Notes under the pieces: model-generated
What the model was told of the DNA's origin: nothing
What the model saw: the letters and a program-made list of their open reading frames with translations, nothing else
Database searches by the model: none
Shown: positions 1 through 12,543 of the stretch, piece by piece
How positions within the stretch are numbered: the stretch's first letter is position 1
Layout: every line of letters begins with the position of its first letter
Position numbers and translations under genes: made by a program
Assembly: GCA_008632985.1 (NCBI GenBank)
Contig: QPGO01000079.1
Coordinates: 1-64,000, forward strand
Length of the DNA stretch: 64,000 bases
Direction of reading: 5' to 3'
Origin: Psammoneis japonica
Lineage: Eukaryota

Positions 1-2203
1 GCGGTACAAGGTGTGATAAAACACTTGATCGGGCTCTCCCTCCATGGCGCCGCCTTTATCGATATCAACGTCAGATAAAATGACACTGCGAATCACCTCG
101 TAGCCTGGAGACTGTTCATCCTCCCAGATTCGTTCAAGCTTCTCCTGCAATCCTGGAGGACACTTAACATCTTCAAGAATCTCTTCATACGGTTTATGGC
201 CAGTTGAAAGATGAAGCAAACAAAGGCCAAGATTGAAGCAGTCATGACCATACCCTTGTGTCGCAGCATCCCCAAGAATCATAAAGTCAGGTGTAGTATT
301 TTCAGGGGTGGTAATCTGAGAAATTTTTATAGGTTGGCCTTCCGACTCCGCTTGTATGTTGGCTGTCCCATAATCTGCCAGCTTGGCGATGAGGGCCTTC
401 TCAGAAGGCATACGAATAGCAAAGACGTGTCGTCCTAGTCCATATCGGAGCACTGTGTGGGAACCAGCATCGTCAGCGCACCCTGCATTTGCGTCTTGCA
501 AGAAAACGTTTAACAACTTCAAGTCATAGTGCTTCATGCTGTACCAGTCCCCTGCCGCGTGCAGTGCAAACGCTATCTGAAATAGAATTGACTTCACTTC
601 CCATGTGTCCATTCTTTCATAAGGTAGCTCCTTGATGTAGTTCTCTGCGTCGCCCTTGCAACATAACTTCATTCGAATGTATTGATACCTGAACGTAAAA
701 GAAGACGGCACGTTGAGATGGATGCGCTATTCCAAGACACAGTGCAGAATACATCTTCTACTCACCTTCCACGTTTTTTCGGTTCCTTTGGAAGAGCACG
801 GCCTGGCACATACGTTTTCCCCATTGGATTCCTTTTCTTCTCACAGCCCCAGACGTTGGGCGGCGGAGCAAACGGACACGTGAAGACACCTCGAGTAATA
901 ACAAAGTTAGGACAGACGTTACGGCGCGTCAAAGAAGACAACATTACTGAAACCGCTAACTCTGCCCCCACCACTTGCTTCTGTCCTAACGAGTCGATTT
1001 CATTTACATCCCTTTTCAAACAGAAAAAACGAGGAGGTAAGGAACGATCCAAAGAGAGACGTTGATGAAATCGAGTGCTGCACTTGTAAACTTACATAAC
1101 AGATACGGCCTCATAGGGTTGAATGGAAGTATTGAAAACTTTGTAAACGCTTTTGAAAGCCCCCTCGGACAAAAACATCGCCCATGGAAACTTGCTTGTT
1201 AAGAATTCCAAAGGCCTCTCCATGGACCGAACAATAGACGAAGCTGCGTAACTGTCATCTTCTTTTCGACCCTCATCAAAGAGCTCGGAGCAACCCACAC
1301 TAATGAGCATGAGAGAGGCACACGCAACAGTGGATGCGTCAGCCCACTCGGTGGAAACAGCTGACGTTGATTGAACCAATTCCGGTTCTGTCAAGAACAT
1401 AAATATCGAGACGAGAATCTTGGAAATCCCGAGCGCTACTTCTACTGGTGATGTTTCGATAGATTCAGGCTTGGATAGAGGAGAAGTAGACTCCTCGATA
1501 CCCCACATTGGAAATGACGAAGTTGGATCCGACAAGGAGGGAGCTTCCACGTCCGGAATAGAGTTCTTAGTTACCGCCTTGTGGGAGAACATTGTATGCC
1601 TCCTTGCTGTCGGAAGCCTTAGAACTGGATCTAAGGCAGCCGATGGCCAGAGCGACATTCGTCTTCTTTTTGAAAAAGATCGCATTTTTCTTCGGTTAGC
1701 CTTAGCCGGGCTCATGTTACTAGGCATACCCAATGATGATGGACTTCCTGCATCATTCAAATTCATTTCGGAGAAAAACGTGGCACCAACACTTGCGCGG
1801 CGAGCATGCTCGGTCTCCGGTGCTGCGAGTAATGGTGATGAAGCCTTCGCTTCAGTGTGACTTTCCTTTTCAATCTCCTCGATATCCACTTCCAGCTCGA
1901 AACCAAGGTCGGACGAGCGACGTAATGCAGCAGGATCTTCAAAGTATGATGTGGGCTCTTCACCCTCGATACCGAGAATCGATCTCGAAGCTTGACCTGA
2001 AACGATTCAAATGGATAATATATTAAGACTTCCGCTGCAACTGAGAAGTCAGTGGAATGGCGTGTGAGTCGAAACTTACCGGAAGCTTCAAAAGTCTTAT
2101 TCAAGGAGCCCAACAAAGTATCTAAAGGTTCCTCGTCACACGGAGTCGATGTACCCCAGTCTCTTCCATTGTAATTTGGCCCAGACGATCCCCACATCTG
2201 CAT
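1..2203 (-). CDS. Haspin-like protein kinase, multi-exon, 3' end runs off the window
   Basis: Exons ~2000..1096, 1011..766 and 688..<1 join in frame across GT-AG introns (1095-1012, 765-689). Motifs: SEGAFKSVYKV, YQYIRMKLC, HYDLKLLNVFL, KLADYG. The 5' structure upstream of ~2000 is unresolved (frame break or intron). Confidence 0.75.
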
Positions 2204-2210
2204 TGGACTG

Positions 2211-4028
2211 TCACGACAAAAAATAAATAGAGGATGAGTGAACAGGACTGAAGAAATCCAGAGCGAGTAGAAAACCGCATATCATGGACACGTACGTTTC
2301 GACAAACTCCAAGGAGCTCCTTGCAGCAGCTGCAGGCTTGCTACTGGGTGCAACACCAACCATGGGCGACACGCTGTTACGAGGTATTCTCGAAAGACGG
2401 GGCAGTATCCCTCCTTGTTTCTCGCCACCTTTCCCCTCAGGTCGCACAGCATTTTGGTTCTTGGAGGTGCTCGTGTGGCTTGCAACAGGGAGCTCGCCAC
2501 TTTGATGAAAGACACCGTTCAAACGGACACCAAACACTGGATGCAGGTGTCGATTTACACCACTCTGAAGGGATCCCAGAAGTTGCTTGCTGTCGACAAA
2601 AATGCCGTGCGTGTCAATAACACGAACAACTCTTTCAGTTCGAGCTGCATTTACGCTAGGTGCAAGCATGAAATTGCTGTTGCTGCGTCTCCATTTCTCG
2701 TCGCAGTTTACCGGCAAATCTTCCAATTTCTTCAACGCACGCAAAATTTTGATTCGTCCTTGGTATTCCTCCAAGGTTGTCTTGACATCGTACCATTCCA
2801 TACCCATAGTTGCAAACGGGTGATTTTCATTCTGAACGTCCGAATCGACAATCTCCGTGAGACAATCATCAAGAAGATGCGGTTTTCGAACCCAAATCAA
2901 ATCCACTGCGGGTAATCGAATGCCTCCTCCGAACAACTCCATGTGGGTTCCCACAAGATAAATGGAAAGGTCATCCACGGAGTCCAACAAGCTATGCACA
3001 AAGACAGTCAGCCCTTTTAATTCACCAAGCGTTTTCAATAATCCTGTTTTTTCCCCAAACTGCAACGTTTCACTCTCCTCAAATAGCTTCGAGTGCACAG
3101 CTTTCTCACGGTCATTGGCCACATCTACTGTCTTGGTCTTTTCGACAAGCCGCTGCCTCTCGGATAACTCTTGAACTGTCTTGGTTGTCATGCTCTCAAC
3201 AGTCGTCGCCGTGTCGTTCACCGGCAGACGAGACCGATGTGACGGTAAAACCGGAAGCGTCTTGGTGGTCTTGCTTTCAACAATTGTCGCCATGTTGTTT
3301 CCCACAGTGCCACCACGGCCTGACGCTGATTGATTGTTCAAAGGCAGTCGAGGTTCACAGCACTGCGAAGCGGGAGGCCACCCACCACCAAAGGGGAGTG
3401 GAGAATATCCGTAATGATTGTTCAGCTGCGACTGAGGAGCGACGAGCGGAACCACCGGAGGCCACCCACCACCAAAGGGGAGTGGAGAATATCCGTAATG
3501 ATTGTTCAGCTGCGACTGAGGAGCGACGAGCGGAACCACCGGAGGCCACCCACCACCAAAGGGGAGTGGAGAATATCCGTAATGATTGTTCAGCTGCGAC
3601 TGAGGAGCGACGAGCGGAACCACCGGAGGCCACCCACCGCCATAGGGGTGTGGAGAATATCCGCCATGAACGGCGACTGCCGGCTGAGGAGCGACGAGCG
3701 GAACCACCGGAGGGTGTGGAGAATGTCCGCCATGAACGGTGATTGCCGGCTGAGGAGCGACGAGCGGAACCACCGGAGGACGACCTGGTTGAGCTGGAAT
3801 TGTGGGTGGGCCATTCGCCAAGTTTACTTGTGAGGTGGGACGGCTTTGAGGATGTCGTTCATAATAAGCGGCGACCATGGCAGCCTCCTTTTCTTCTTTT
3901 TTTCGCTGATAGCGTTCCCTGTCCCGCGCCCTTTTCTTTGCACGAGCTATCTTTTCATCCCGTTCCTTCTCCTTCTTAGTCTTCTTCTTCTTCTTGTATG
4001 GCCCCCGTGGCTTGCTCTCCTTGGCCAT
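2211..4028 (-). CDS. Hypothetical protein, basic N-terminus and Pro/Gly-rich 28-aa repeats
   Basis: 605-aa ATG-initiated ORF with an NLS-like K/R-rich start and an in-frame repeat GGGWPPVVPLVAPQSQLNNHYGYSPLPF. No recognised domain. Confidence 0.55.
   Translation of the reverse strand: MAKESKPRGPYKKKKKTKKEKERDEKIARAKKRARDRERYQRKKEEKEAAMVAAYYERHPQSRPTSQVNLANGPPTIPAQPGRPPVVPLVAPQPAITVHGGHSPHPPVVPLVAPQPAVAVHGGYSPHPYGGGWPPVVPLVAPQSQLNNHYGYSPLPFGGGWPPVVPLVAPQSQLNNHYGYSPLPFGGGWPPVVPLVAPQSQLNNHYGYSPLPFGGGWPPASQCCEPRLPLNNQSASGRGGTVGNNMATIVESKTTKTLPVLPSHRSRLPVNDTATTVESMTTKTVQELSERQRLVEKTKTVDVANDREKAVHSKLFEESETLQFGEKTGLLKTLGELKGLTVFVHSLLDSVDDLSIYLVGTHMELFGGGIRLPAVDLIWVRKPHLLDDCLTEIVDSDVQNENHPFATMGMEWYDVKTTLEEYQGRIKILRALKKLEDLPVNCDEKWRRSNSNFMLAPSVNAARTERVVRVIDTHGIFVDSKQLLGSLQSGVNRHLHPVFGVRLNGVFHQSGELPVASHTSTSKNQNAVRPEGKGGEKQGGILPRLSRIPRNSVSPMVGVAPSSKPAAAARSSLEFVETYVSMICGFLLALDFFSPVHSSSIYFLS
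3373..3778. repeat. 84-bp coding tandem repeat (3 identical copies plus 2 diverged/shorter)
   Basis: Units start at 3373, 3457, 3541 and 3625. The period is a multiple of 3 and there are no spacers. Confidence 0.95.
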
Positions 4029-6050
4029 TGTCTACAGGTCTGGTCTCGGTCGTCTTCCGGTTTTTGTGTATTGTATGTCGGTCGGCTTGAGAATGCGGTC
4101 GGAGAAGTGTCTATTTCGATATATATTCCTTGTTGATATAGTTTCTATTGTGTCGTTGCCGTCGTTCTTGTTGTTGTTTGTCGTGTTGTGTGTTGTGGCG
4201 TTTTGCTCGTCTGAGAAAACGCAAGAAATTGCAACGCAACGGCTCCGCTTCGTGGGTTTTGAATTTCGAAATGCCGGACAAATTTTATTAAAATTTGTCC
4301 GAATTTTATAATGAAAAGTAGCAAAGATTTCATGTGTTTCTAGTTCAATCTCAACAAAAAACCTAAACAAAAGTGAGACATGTCTGTAAATCGAGAGATT
4401 GAAAAGCAGCCACTGTACTTGTTCCTTGGTCACATTGATAATCCTCAATACCTCTTCTGGCACGGGGGGAGCGAACCTTTGGAGAACGACCCGCAAGTTG
4501 CTACGGGATTCACTCCAACAAAGGGTTAGCAAGGTTGGTGCTAGCCATGCTGCTTCCCCCCATGAATCAGGGGGTGGCTCAGAGGAAGTTTTATCCATTG
4601 TCAGTTTGTTGAGCGTCCCAAGTGTGTTCTTTGTTCGTTAAAGTGATCATTTGACACTGTTGAACGTGAATCTCCGCGCAAAGCAATACCAGGTACAGAT
4701 CTGATATTGAGTGGTGCTCAAGGCATTTAATTCATGCGAAAGGAATATGCAAAGCCCGTGAGTTCTGGTGGCTCGTGGGACATCGTTCGGAAATCAATGT
4801 ATTCTGCCTACGTCAATAACTAGAAGTAATCGGGGAGTACATCAACACGCTTTCCGGTACACATTCAGCTCTCCACCCGTCGAGTTCCCTCGTTGGTCTT
4901 GGATACACGCCGGATGATGTGAGCTATCATCAATTCATCAACACGTCGCAGGAATACATGTCTTGTGTCACGGCAGTTGAAGGCGGGTGGCTTGCTGAGC
5001 TATAGGACCGATGTTCTTCTCGGTTAAGGAATCGTGTGAGAGCACTGCGAAACGAAGGAAATAGCAAGTTCTTAAAGCTGGTTCTGGACGATTTCGTCTC
5101 CCATATCACCGCCATTCACAACCGGTCGCATATTTTGTTCCTTTCACGACTTCTCTAACCTTCATTTTCAGAGGCACCGACAAATCCTCCAGAACAATCT
5201 TCCGACTTGCTCATACCGGTATTAACAGCTTCCGCTTCTTCGTCAGAGGGCCCAATCCCCAGTAGTGGACTCCTCGTCGTCTACATCCTGTGCAGGCATT
5301 ACGACGAAATCGTAAAGAACAATGTGCAAAGCCTCGTAAGGAAAGGGCGAAGGGTAAGAGTTGAACTAACAGTGCTGCTGAGCTGAACAGAAACGACCTA
5401 TGACAATTTTATTGGAGTGTACTGAATGATGACATATGGATGCAATCGCTGGGACTATTATCTATTCGTGGTTGATGTGAAGTAATGATTTTTGTCAATG
5501 CATCATATCTCCCTGTTTCCTGTTGACAAGTCCCTGTTTTCGAACTGCATATTTGGTTGTCAGAGAAACGCAGACATCGCCCAACTAGATTCTATAAGTG
5601 CGGAGGGACGGAGCCACGATGGGATTGAGCTTGGCTCAAATGCTGTCTCTCGCAGTGGCCCTTTTCCCGAATTCAGCCTTTTCTCGTACCGTATCCAGCT
5701 GCAGCCCCTATAGCAAAAAGTAGCTGGAAATCAATGTTGTTTCCGGCTCTCCCTGATGATCTGCCTTATCCACAAGTGTCTCCGATAGCTCGCAAGTATG
5801 AATAGCTTGTTTGCGTAAGATATAGAGCATTGCTCGCGAATATGAATAGCTTGCTTACATACGATATAGAGCGCATAGATCATTGTTTCTCATCACTGTA
5901 CTTCTACTACTTTCGCTAAACGAATGACATGTGAAGAAGCAATGTACACGGTCCAATTATCAATCCGCAACCAACGTCTCCATCGTATCCACGAAACCAA
6001 CCCCACTCCCAAACATTGAGAAAAGATGGAACTAGAGAGAGGGTTCCTAC

Positions 6051-7228
6051 TTACTCATCTTCATCATTGCCCAACTGTTCGTCGCCCGATCCTTGGTTTG
6101 ATCCGCTGTTCGCGTCCTCCTCAGCGCTAGTGCTGGAAAAAGTCTTGAGACGCTTTGCAAGGGTGTCCTTTGTGCCGTCAACATCGCCTCCTACTTCGCT
6201 GAGCTTTCGGCGCAATTTACAAACGCTCATATTTTCCACATTCTCTTGGTCTTGCTGATTACGGGTGGAACATGCAGCCCTCATCAGTTCCCTCAGTAAA
6301 TCAGTCGATTCAATGGCACCGATGCCGCCGCGTTCGTCCGATTTCAACAACTCTTCACGGTTAGCCACAAAGTGATTGATAGCAGCTTCCTTGAGTTGAG
6401 CACAATTTTTCCTATCTGCATATACCAGCCAGTTTCCAAAATTGCGGTCGGTGATTGCGTACTCCGCGATTGTCGCTTCAACGTGGAGCTTGAGATTGGT
6501 GCACTCAAACTTGTCGGCAAGATCGAGTAGCGCCTTGGCACCTTTGGCCCAATTAAAGGTCTTTGATATCTCGTCCGAGTATATAAAGTGAAGGAAGTGC
6601 TTAAAGACCGAAGGCTCGATCGTTTCGCCAAGCACAACTGCCTCCTTCTTGTCGTTGTTGGAATTGCACTCGAAAATTTCGGCAAATCCTGGAGCTCTCT
6701 TCGCTACAATGTTCTTGTGCGCTGGAAACAGTTCACCGCCAACGGAAAAGGATACGTCGGAGTATTCCAACGATGTGCAGAGGTCCGCAATGTCCTTTTG
6801 GAGCGTGTTGGATGGACGCCAAATCGATGAATTTGGAACAACCTCCAAATCGACCATGACAACAAGAGCTCCGTTCACGAGGAATCCATTTGCTGGATTC
6901 AAGACGTTTTCTCGCGTTTCGAAATTCGACATTCCATACATTGTATTGCCCGTTGGCTGCCACGTGATCGGGGCGGAGGCAGGACCCTGTCTTCCTCCGG
7001 TCCTAAATGAGAGTTTCGCCTTGAAGGATTCACCCCCCATGCCCCCCATGTCGGCGGCGCGGCACAAAACCAATGTCACATACACTGTGTTTTCATCAGA
7101 AAGCGGGCACCCACTCGTTTCTGTGGGAGATTGGCAAAATCTGGAAACGTAAAGCTGATGGTCCGCTTTGTCGCAGGAGGCATCGCTTGGGCTCCAACGA
7201 CGACAGAAGCTTTGACAAAGTCAGTCAT
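6051..7228 (-). CDS. MATH/BTB-POZ (SPOP-like) protein with SAP-like C-terminus; frame break near 7120, possibly a pseudogene
   Basis: BTB motif YSDVSFSVGGELFPAHKNIV...FKHFLHFIYSDE and C-terminal LRRKLSEVGGDVDGTKDTLAKRL. The N-terminal MTDF...FTFPDFANLP (ATG 7228) is in a different frame and the MATH core looks shortened. Confidence 0.8.
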
Positions 7229-7660
7229 GGAGTTTCTTTTCGATTGGTGTGGACGAATGAGTTGTATGCCAACGGTTTGAGGTTGATGGATACCACAGAG
7301 CACGACGTTGTTGTGTCTCTTTGATGCGTGTTCCGAGTTCCGACGTTGTGTTTCGGTTTTCGATCTGGATCTCTCCCTATGTGAGAACGGTGTGCGTGCT
7401 TCCGCCGTCGTTTCGTATATGCACAGTACCATCACGTGAATTGGACAGATTTCAATATGCAACTATTCAAGTTCAAAGCTCTATGAATGATGGCTGTTTT
7501 ATAGATATGAATAGATAATAATATATATAAAAATGTGGTTTATCGACTCCAGACACAGATTCCAGATTTCAGATTTTCAGAAAAACTGATCCAATCACAA
7601 CAACAGAATAGAACGACATTGCATCCCATATATAAAACTCACAACGAAGATACGTAGAAA

Positions 7661-9943
7661 ATGGCCAAGAAATCCAAGCCAACGCAAAGCAAGCGGACTT
7701 CTAAGTCGAAAAAACGGATTGCTCTAGAAAATCGCAGATGCCGGCAAAGAGAAAAGGAAAAAAGGGAGGCCAACGCCGCTGTTGCTTCAATCGTAGCTCG
7801 CTGTGGATATCCGTGCACTTCCCATCTTCCCACCGCATACTTGCCGAATGTCCCAAATTCAGCTACTGTCCACCCTCCTTGCCCGGATGCCATTCGTCAG
7901 CTAATGCGGTGTTCACATGCTTCCTCGTTTCCTGGGTCGGTTGGGTCGTCAACACCGAAAGCTCCAATCGCCCAGCAAGCTTTCGAAGCGATCACTGCAC
8001 TCTCGTATTTATCAAGAGAAATGACACAGCTTGGAAATCGTCTCATCGATGTCATGGACAACCTCACTCTCTCCGGAGCTTTAGCGCCGTACGTGGTATA
8101 TTTTCTATGTTGTGTTTCGTTTGCTTCAACATGTTCCCAATATTTTGTTCCCATATTCTTTTTCTTTGTAAAGCCTTCCTGCTCAGGTTGGAGACAACAA
8201 CGATATTGTGCCACCCTTATTTGCTGCGCCTGCCGCTGTTCCGGGAGCATATGTCCGTGGCGACTGCAGTCATTTCTCGTCCACCCAGCTTTCAACAGTC
8301 CGTAATTCGGATGCTGTCTACTTCGGGAACCAGAAGCTCGCCACGTCTCCTTCTGGAAGGTCTCCGGCGAATCTTATCAACACGAGCCAGCATGGAGCTT
8401 CGCTGGTGTCCATCACCAACCAGGCGCCCCCTGTGGATTCCCCGGCACCGCTTGTCAGCCTTAGCGAGGATTATGGAGCTTCTCCAGCGCAACTTACCAA
8501 TCAGGCGACACCTGCAGCTTCAACAGCTCTCGAAGCGCTCACTGAACTCTCGTATTTGCCAAGCGAAACGACACAGTTTGGAAGTCGTCTCATCGGTGCA
8601 ATCAACAAACTCACTTCCTCCAAAGCTTTAGCACCGTACGTGGTATATTTGCTATGTTGGAAATGTTGTGTTTCGGTTGCTTCAACATGTTCCTAATATT
8701 TTTTTCCTATATTCTTTTTCTTTGTGAAGCCTTCCTGCTCAGGTTGGAGACAACAACGATACTGTGTCACCCTTATTTGCTGCGCCTGCCGCTGTTCCGG
8801 GAGCATACGTCCGTGGCGACTGCAGTCATTTCTCGTCCACCCAGCTTTCAACAGTCCGTAATTTGGATGCTGTCTACTTCGGGAACCAGGAGCTCGCCAC
8901 GTCTCCTTCTGGGAGGTCTCCGGCGAATCTTATTAACACGAGCCAGAATGGAGCTTTGCTGGTGTCTAGCACCAACCAGGCGGCCCCTGTGGATTCCCCG
9001 GCACCGCTTGCCAGTCTTAGCGAGGATTATGGAGCTTCTCCAGCGCGACTTACCAATGAGGCGACACCTGCAGCTTCACCGGCACCTCTTTCCAACCAGA
9101 TCCAGCGCTATGGAGCTTCTCCAGTATTTTTTACCAACCAGGCGGCACCTGTAGCTTCCCCGGCACCACTTGCCAATCTGAGCCAGCATAATGTAGCTTC
9201 CGCTGCTCCGTTTGAAAACCTGAATCCGAACTCGAAAGCTTCAGGCATAAGTGGCAGTCTTTTGTCATCACCGGCAGAAAATCACTCGTATGACCCTCCT
9301 GCATCTAATCTATCCCCGGCAGCTCCGATTCCTAAAGAAGTTGTGATGCCCCATGCACAAGTAGCAATGAAAAATTGCCAGTATGTGAAAACATCGTAAG
9401 CACTCTAATCTAAAGGGCTACTCTTTATGTCTGCTGGGGTCGGCGATAGATGGATCAACACCATAGTGGCTTTTGTGGAGTCATGTTAATTTTGCGTTCC
9501 AGGGTATTGGAATTTTGCACCAGCTGCAACACCGTAACATTAAAACGCATTGCTCGTTCAACTTCGATAAACGCTGCATCAATCTGTTGCGACGTTGACA
9601 ACAGCCGCCGCCGTTGTTAGCATTCTAACCCCTTTTGACTCGTATTTTGTGGGACCTAGTTGTGGTACTACTTGGACGTAAAAAAAAAAATATCCAAGCA
9701 GGGTTTGTTCAATGTACGATTTGTGGCCTGGGCGGACCTTGCCGGATCCTGACCTGTGCAGAACTGGAAGCCGAAGCAGCGGCTGATGCATCTCTTAGTT
9801 CGGGTTTGACACACCTGCTATATACTGCGGTAGCTTCTGACACGCCCACATTCTCACACTGTGGAGAAGGTACGACAATTCTAGAGGAGAAAACAAATCT
9901 GGAAGTGACTGGGTTGGAACCCAGCTGGTTCTCATCCAATTAA
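7661..9943 (+). CDS. Hypothetical multi-exon Ala/Ser/Pro-rich protein (model uncertain)
   Basis: ATG at 7661 with a basic N-terminus. GTACGT...AG T-rich intron-like segments at ~8089-8173 and ~8636-8729 separate the ORFs. The downstream exons are uncertain. Confidence 0.4.
7975..9075. repeat. ~550-bp tandem duplication of an exon+intron unit
   Basis: AAGCCTTCCTGCTCAGGTTGGAGAC occurs at 8171 and 8727; the two peptide blocks are near-identical (ORFs 8208.. and 8764..). Confidence 0.9.
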
Positions 9944-10086
9944 AGAATACAGGTACCTGTGAGGTGGCTCAAGGTTTGTTTCGCTAGAAACAGGTGGTGA
10001 TGCTGCTTGCCGAGCAGAGCGACATTATTCAGCAGTTTTGTGGTTGCGTTGCTCTGCCGTTTTACAATTGCACAACTGTTTGCCCT

Positions 10087-11877
10087 GACGAGACCATTGT
10101 GGATCCTTCACGTGCGGCGGACTTGATTTGTTTACAGTTTTGATACCTTTTGGGGAGCGCGAATGCGATGCTACGAACTACTTCACTACGTAAAACAGTG
10201 TGGTTGTGCTCCGCCTCATCGAAATCAAGGTTGGATTCCATCTGATAGCAAGACTTGGTGCTCAAGCGTATGGCTCCCGAGGTCGACGAAGACTTAACTT
10301 GCGGGGAATGGGAGCGTATTATCTCGGTCGCTCGCAACAGCACTGAATGTTTTGAATACTGCGATAGCCATTCGCGACACTTTGCGGTTGTTATGCGCCC
10401 CAGACAACTACAGTACTGTACGTCTATGTCCCAATGGTACCATAATTGATCCCCTGTTAGTGATTCCTTGATTGCCGTACGGTAGGGCTTCTCTACTATA
10501 GCCCTTCATGCGCAAACTTGTATCGTGCAAACCTGCAAATGTTCATTTTGAGCTACGTTGGGCAACTTCACTGAACACACTTGTGAACAGGTTTTGCCTG
10601 TGACAAATCAATCCTGTGAGACGCAGTTCCTCAATCGTACAGTACTGTAGATACAAAAGGGCATCTCTTACTTGCGAGAATAGTCGTACTCTAGACCGTA
10701 CTCTTGACATGAATAGTCGTAGGTACTCTAGACATGCTCGAGCGTCCCCTGACTCCTGTGAATATGACATGAAGGTGAATAGAAACACGCGTATAAAGAA
10801 TAAGATGGCCGTAATCCTTACCTAGTCTATATGCCGTGGCTATTGGAGCGCATTTCGTGTTCTTGGTTTGCCCATGATGCAAAAGAAATTGAGATTGCCA
10901 TCGTAAATGCCTGAAAAACACATCGAAATGGCAATGGCACATGAGAATGAGCTGGCGACACCACGTTTTATGCTTCAATGCTTGGAGCTGCGCTTAAGCC
11001 ACGTCTTCTTCGTAAACCAATAGGCAATGAAACGGCATGCTTCCTTCTGAAATCTATGTGATAAGAAGATAAGATGAATTTAGGGAGTGGTCATGATTCA
11101 CGATTCGAAGGAAAATCAGACGTTGCATTTCCTGAAACGACAGAAGCAGCACTTGCACGCCAATGAAAGCACCGACGAAAGCGTCAACGAACAATTGGCG
11201 TTGCTGCAGCCACGGGTAGAGTATTCGGGGAGCTGTAGTCGGGGGGGGGGGTGCTGCCGCCGCGACAGGAGCAAGGGTTGGAGATCCTATTGGCGCTGGT
11301 GTTGCTGCCGCCACTGGAGCAGCACTTGGCTTTGTGTTGAGGGGGGCACCGTTGGAAAGTGATAGAAACAGGCTTCTTTCTCGATATCCTGCATGCCCTC
11401 ATAGAGCAAGCCGTAGTCATTGGTAGGATCTGATACTAAAATTTCTAGTTCACCGCAGTCGACAAAGGAGTCACCCGCAAGCGTGCGGCTCGAATCAGGA
11501 TCCATTAACCCACCCGGCACATCACGGATACGGCAGGCGCCGGCTGATACGACTGGATTGTTGCACCCGCAGTAAACACAGGCGACTCCTTTCAATGCAT
11601 CGCAAAAATCGTCACCCTCGGTAAGGAAGTACGCATCACCAGCGTATGAGTAGCCTGTCATTTCATAAGTAATATTGGTGCTAAGGTCCGCCGGGACAGT
11701 GCCGTCTTGCACAAATCACAGTAAGGTCGATGAGGCGGAGCACAACCGCACTTTTTACGCCAGTGTACTAGTAAAGTGGTTCGTACCGGTAGCATCACAT
11801 TCGCGCTCCCCACAAGGTATCGAAATATGTAAACAAATCAAGTTCGCTGGACGTGAAGGATCCACGATGGTCTCGTC
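10087..11877. mobile_element. ~140-150-bp imperfect inverted repeats (10087-10222 / 11727-11877) enclosing ~1.5 kb; possible non-autonomous TIR element
   Basis: GACGAGACCATTGTGGATCCTTCACG...CTCCGCCTCATCGA aligns to the reverse complement of TCGATGAGGCGGAG...CGTGAAGGATCCACGATGGTCTCGTC. No TSD found. Confidence 0.55.
11054..11712 (-). pseudogene. Fragment of a Cys-containing, PTLAP-type extracellular protein gene
   Basis: Two offset ORFs (11287..11712 and 11054..11314) with protein-like composition. No ATG or signal peptide; the fragment abuts the inverted repeat. Confidence 0.4.
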
Positions 11878-12290
11878 TCGCACAGATTGGTAGTCTCCTT
11901 TCTTCGTTCATGGTCATAGAAAACGGAAACGACATCGGGCGTGGTTTCGTGCTGGAGATTCGGGACCATAAATGCAGTCGGGCTTGGTGTAGCTCGAGCT
12001 TCTTCACACTCCATCTCCATATTCCGCTCCGCATCAAAGGGAATACAGGGAGGCTTGACGCACTCTAGTGTTGACTGCACGGGTGAAGTTGCCGGAGAAC
12101 TCCGCAGGGGTTCCTTGCCTTGGACCTGGTTGTTTATATATGACTTTTTCCGCTTGTTGCTCAGGATTCCGGTGATTTTGTCGATTCGTCCTGTTTTCTG
12201 TTTTCTACTTCTCTGAGGGACTTGACGCCGTCATCTCGTGAAGGTCATGAGAACTATCGTTTTTCATCAGGCGCTTTCCTTTTTATGATT
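11874..12290 (-). pseudogene. Degenerate duplicate of the 5' end of the gene at 22201..26068
   Basis: Aligns in the same orientation with ~25674-26083 (peptide PSPTAFMVPNLQHET is shared), with indels and loss of the start. Confidence 0.9.
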
Positions 12291-12543
12291 ATATCACATA
12301 TTGCAGCTTTGTTGACTCCATGCACATGGCATGGCCAATGACGCGTTGTAAGGCGACCGAGAGACTTGATTTTCAACAATAAATGTTGTCCGTGAGCAAA
12401 CCGATTGAAAAAGCAACGCATCCAAAGCTTGTAATTCACTTACATTGGATAACTCCAGAGGACATCGACCATGTTTTCACAATCAAAGGTCTCAATATCA
12501 TACAAAGATATGCATTGTGGTTTCAATACACCGCGATCTTTGG

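Noticed and set aside
3373..3778. Possible CRISPR array
   Set aside because: Contiguous 84-bp units without unique spacers, in frame within an ORF; eukaryotic context and no cas genes.
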